From Mobula birostris (taxonomy: Eukaryota): a stretch of DNA of 64,000 bases. The notes beneath the pieces were generated by a model, which was not told the DNA's origin, did not search any database, and saw only the letters and a program-made list of their open reading frames with translations. Positions within the stretch are counted from its first letter, which is position 1. Every line of letters starts with the position of its first letter. The stretch lies in NCBI RefSeq assembly GCF_030028105.1, contig NC_092398.1:25311649-25375648 (forward strand), read 5' to 3'. This document shows positions 62,804-64,000 of this stretch, one piece after another. The translations under genes were made by a program, and so were the position numbers.

Positions 62804-64000
62804 TGTAATGCCCTGGTTAGTATTTTTTTTACTGTTATGCTGTTCTGTATCTCATTTTATGCTGTTCTGTGCAAGCTGCTTGTTTTTAGCTTATGTTTGG
62901 GTTATTGTTGAAGATAAGAGATAGGAGAATTGCGTGCTATCCAATTATGGGCAATTACGGGTAATGTGAGATCGCTGGGAAATAAAATGGATGAGTTGAC
63001 AGCACTATCCAGGAGTCAGAGAACATTTTGGGAGTGCGGTGTTATGTGTTTTACTGAAACGTGGCTGCACGAGGACATACCTGACCAAAACGTTTCCATA
63101 AAGGGCTTCCAGACCGTTTGGGCTGACTGGAAGTGCACTGAGAGCAGTAAGCGTAAAGGAGGGGGGCTTGCTGTGCTGGTTAACGACAGATGGTGCAGTC
63201 CGGGTCATATTACGATCAAGGAACGTGTTTGTAGCCCGGATATTGAACTTTTTGCTGTTAGACTCAGGCCATATTATTTGCCAAGGGAAATCTCACATTC
63301 AATTGTGGTTGCTGTGTACATCCTCCCTCTGCCAACCCGAGATCGGTGTGTAACATCATTTATACCGTTAGGCACAGGAGTACATTCAGCTAGAGACTCA
63401 TTCCACCGGGATGTAGCACTGTCATGGAAAGTAATTCCTGCCTGTGGCCATCAAACTTTGCAGCTCCTCCCTTGGAGGGTCAGACACCCTGGGTCAATGG
63501 GCTGGTCCTGGACTTATTTCCATCTGGCATGGTTTACATATTATTATTTGAATGTTTGTGGTTTTGTATTGCTATGTTTGTACTCTGTCCTTGGTTGGTG
63601 CAACTGTAACGAAACCTAATTTCCCTTGGGATCAATAAAAGATGTCTATCTATCTATCTATCTATCTATTAGGATGGTTGGATTAAGGGAGGTTTCTCTG
63701 GTGAGGGACACTAAGGCTGGGCTTGGGGATCTTGTCAGAGAGAGATGAAGAGAGAAGACGCAGGAGAGAAGAGGTTGTAGGGTTCGACCCAGAGCAAGAC
63801 CATGATTCGACAAAACCTGGGGTGATCGATGGAGGATCACCGATGGGGAAACGGTGAGCTCCAACTTGTGCACATTAGACTTTTTCACAAAAATGGGCCC
63901 TTTTCTTTTTTTTTGTTCTTTCTTTACTAACCCTTTAGTCAAGTTAGGAATTGTAAAGCTAAATCTTTTAACTGTATGCATTGTATTGTCTGTAATTTCA
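62804..64000 (+). mobile_element. LTR (window-truncated) interrupted by a Rex1-like element
   Basis: Starts tgtaatgccc and resumes after 63669. Shares gagctccaacttgtg with the LTR at 47909-48548. Confidence 0.6.
62941..63669 (+). mobile_element. Rex1-like LINE with internal deletion (APE start joined to 3' end)
   Basis: GNVRSLGNKMDEL, CFTETWL, KRKGGGLAVLVN. 3' end like 56790-57143, with a (ctat)n tail. Confidence 0.82.

Overview
Repeat-dense vertebrate genomic DNA. The repeat families and gene type point to a cartilaginous fish, probably a batoid (inference). The only clear host gene is an MHC alpha-type chain on the + strand. Three phase-compatible exons (alpha1 12593-12847, IgC1 14454-14735, CP/TM/CY 16273-16400) give a class II-type layout. 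The IgC1 domain, however, carries beta2-microglobulin-type residues (LSFGKDWRF; Leu instead of the C-strand Trp), which is the signature of the ancient W-category alpha chain (WA). No in-orientation leader exon is visible. A leader exon that would splice in frame sits on the - strand at 35791-35866 in a CpG-island promoter. It lies beyond the right arm of a large inverted duplication (1-4335 plus 9775-10280 versus 24441-29473) that copies WA upstream/intron-1 sequence and ends exactly at a hAT TIR. A frameshifted MHC beta1/class I alpha2-like exon (FGYDGKD) at 62009-62288 on the + strand may be the WB partner in head-to-head orientation. The rest is TEs: a Gmr1-type Gypsy (IN before RT), an RT-less ERV-like provirus, a deleted lokiretrovirus-like provirus, solo LTRs, hAT MITEs and a decayed hAT transposase, and CR1, Rex1/L2-like, Penelope-like, L1/Tx1 and Tc1 remnants. 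Boundaries of old TE fragments are approximate and were read by eye.
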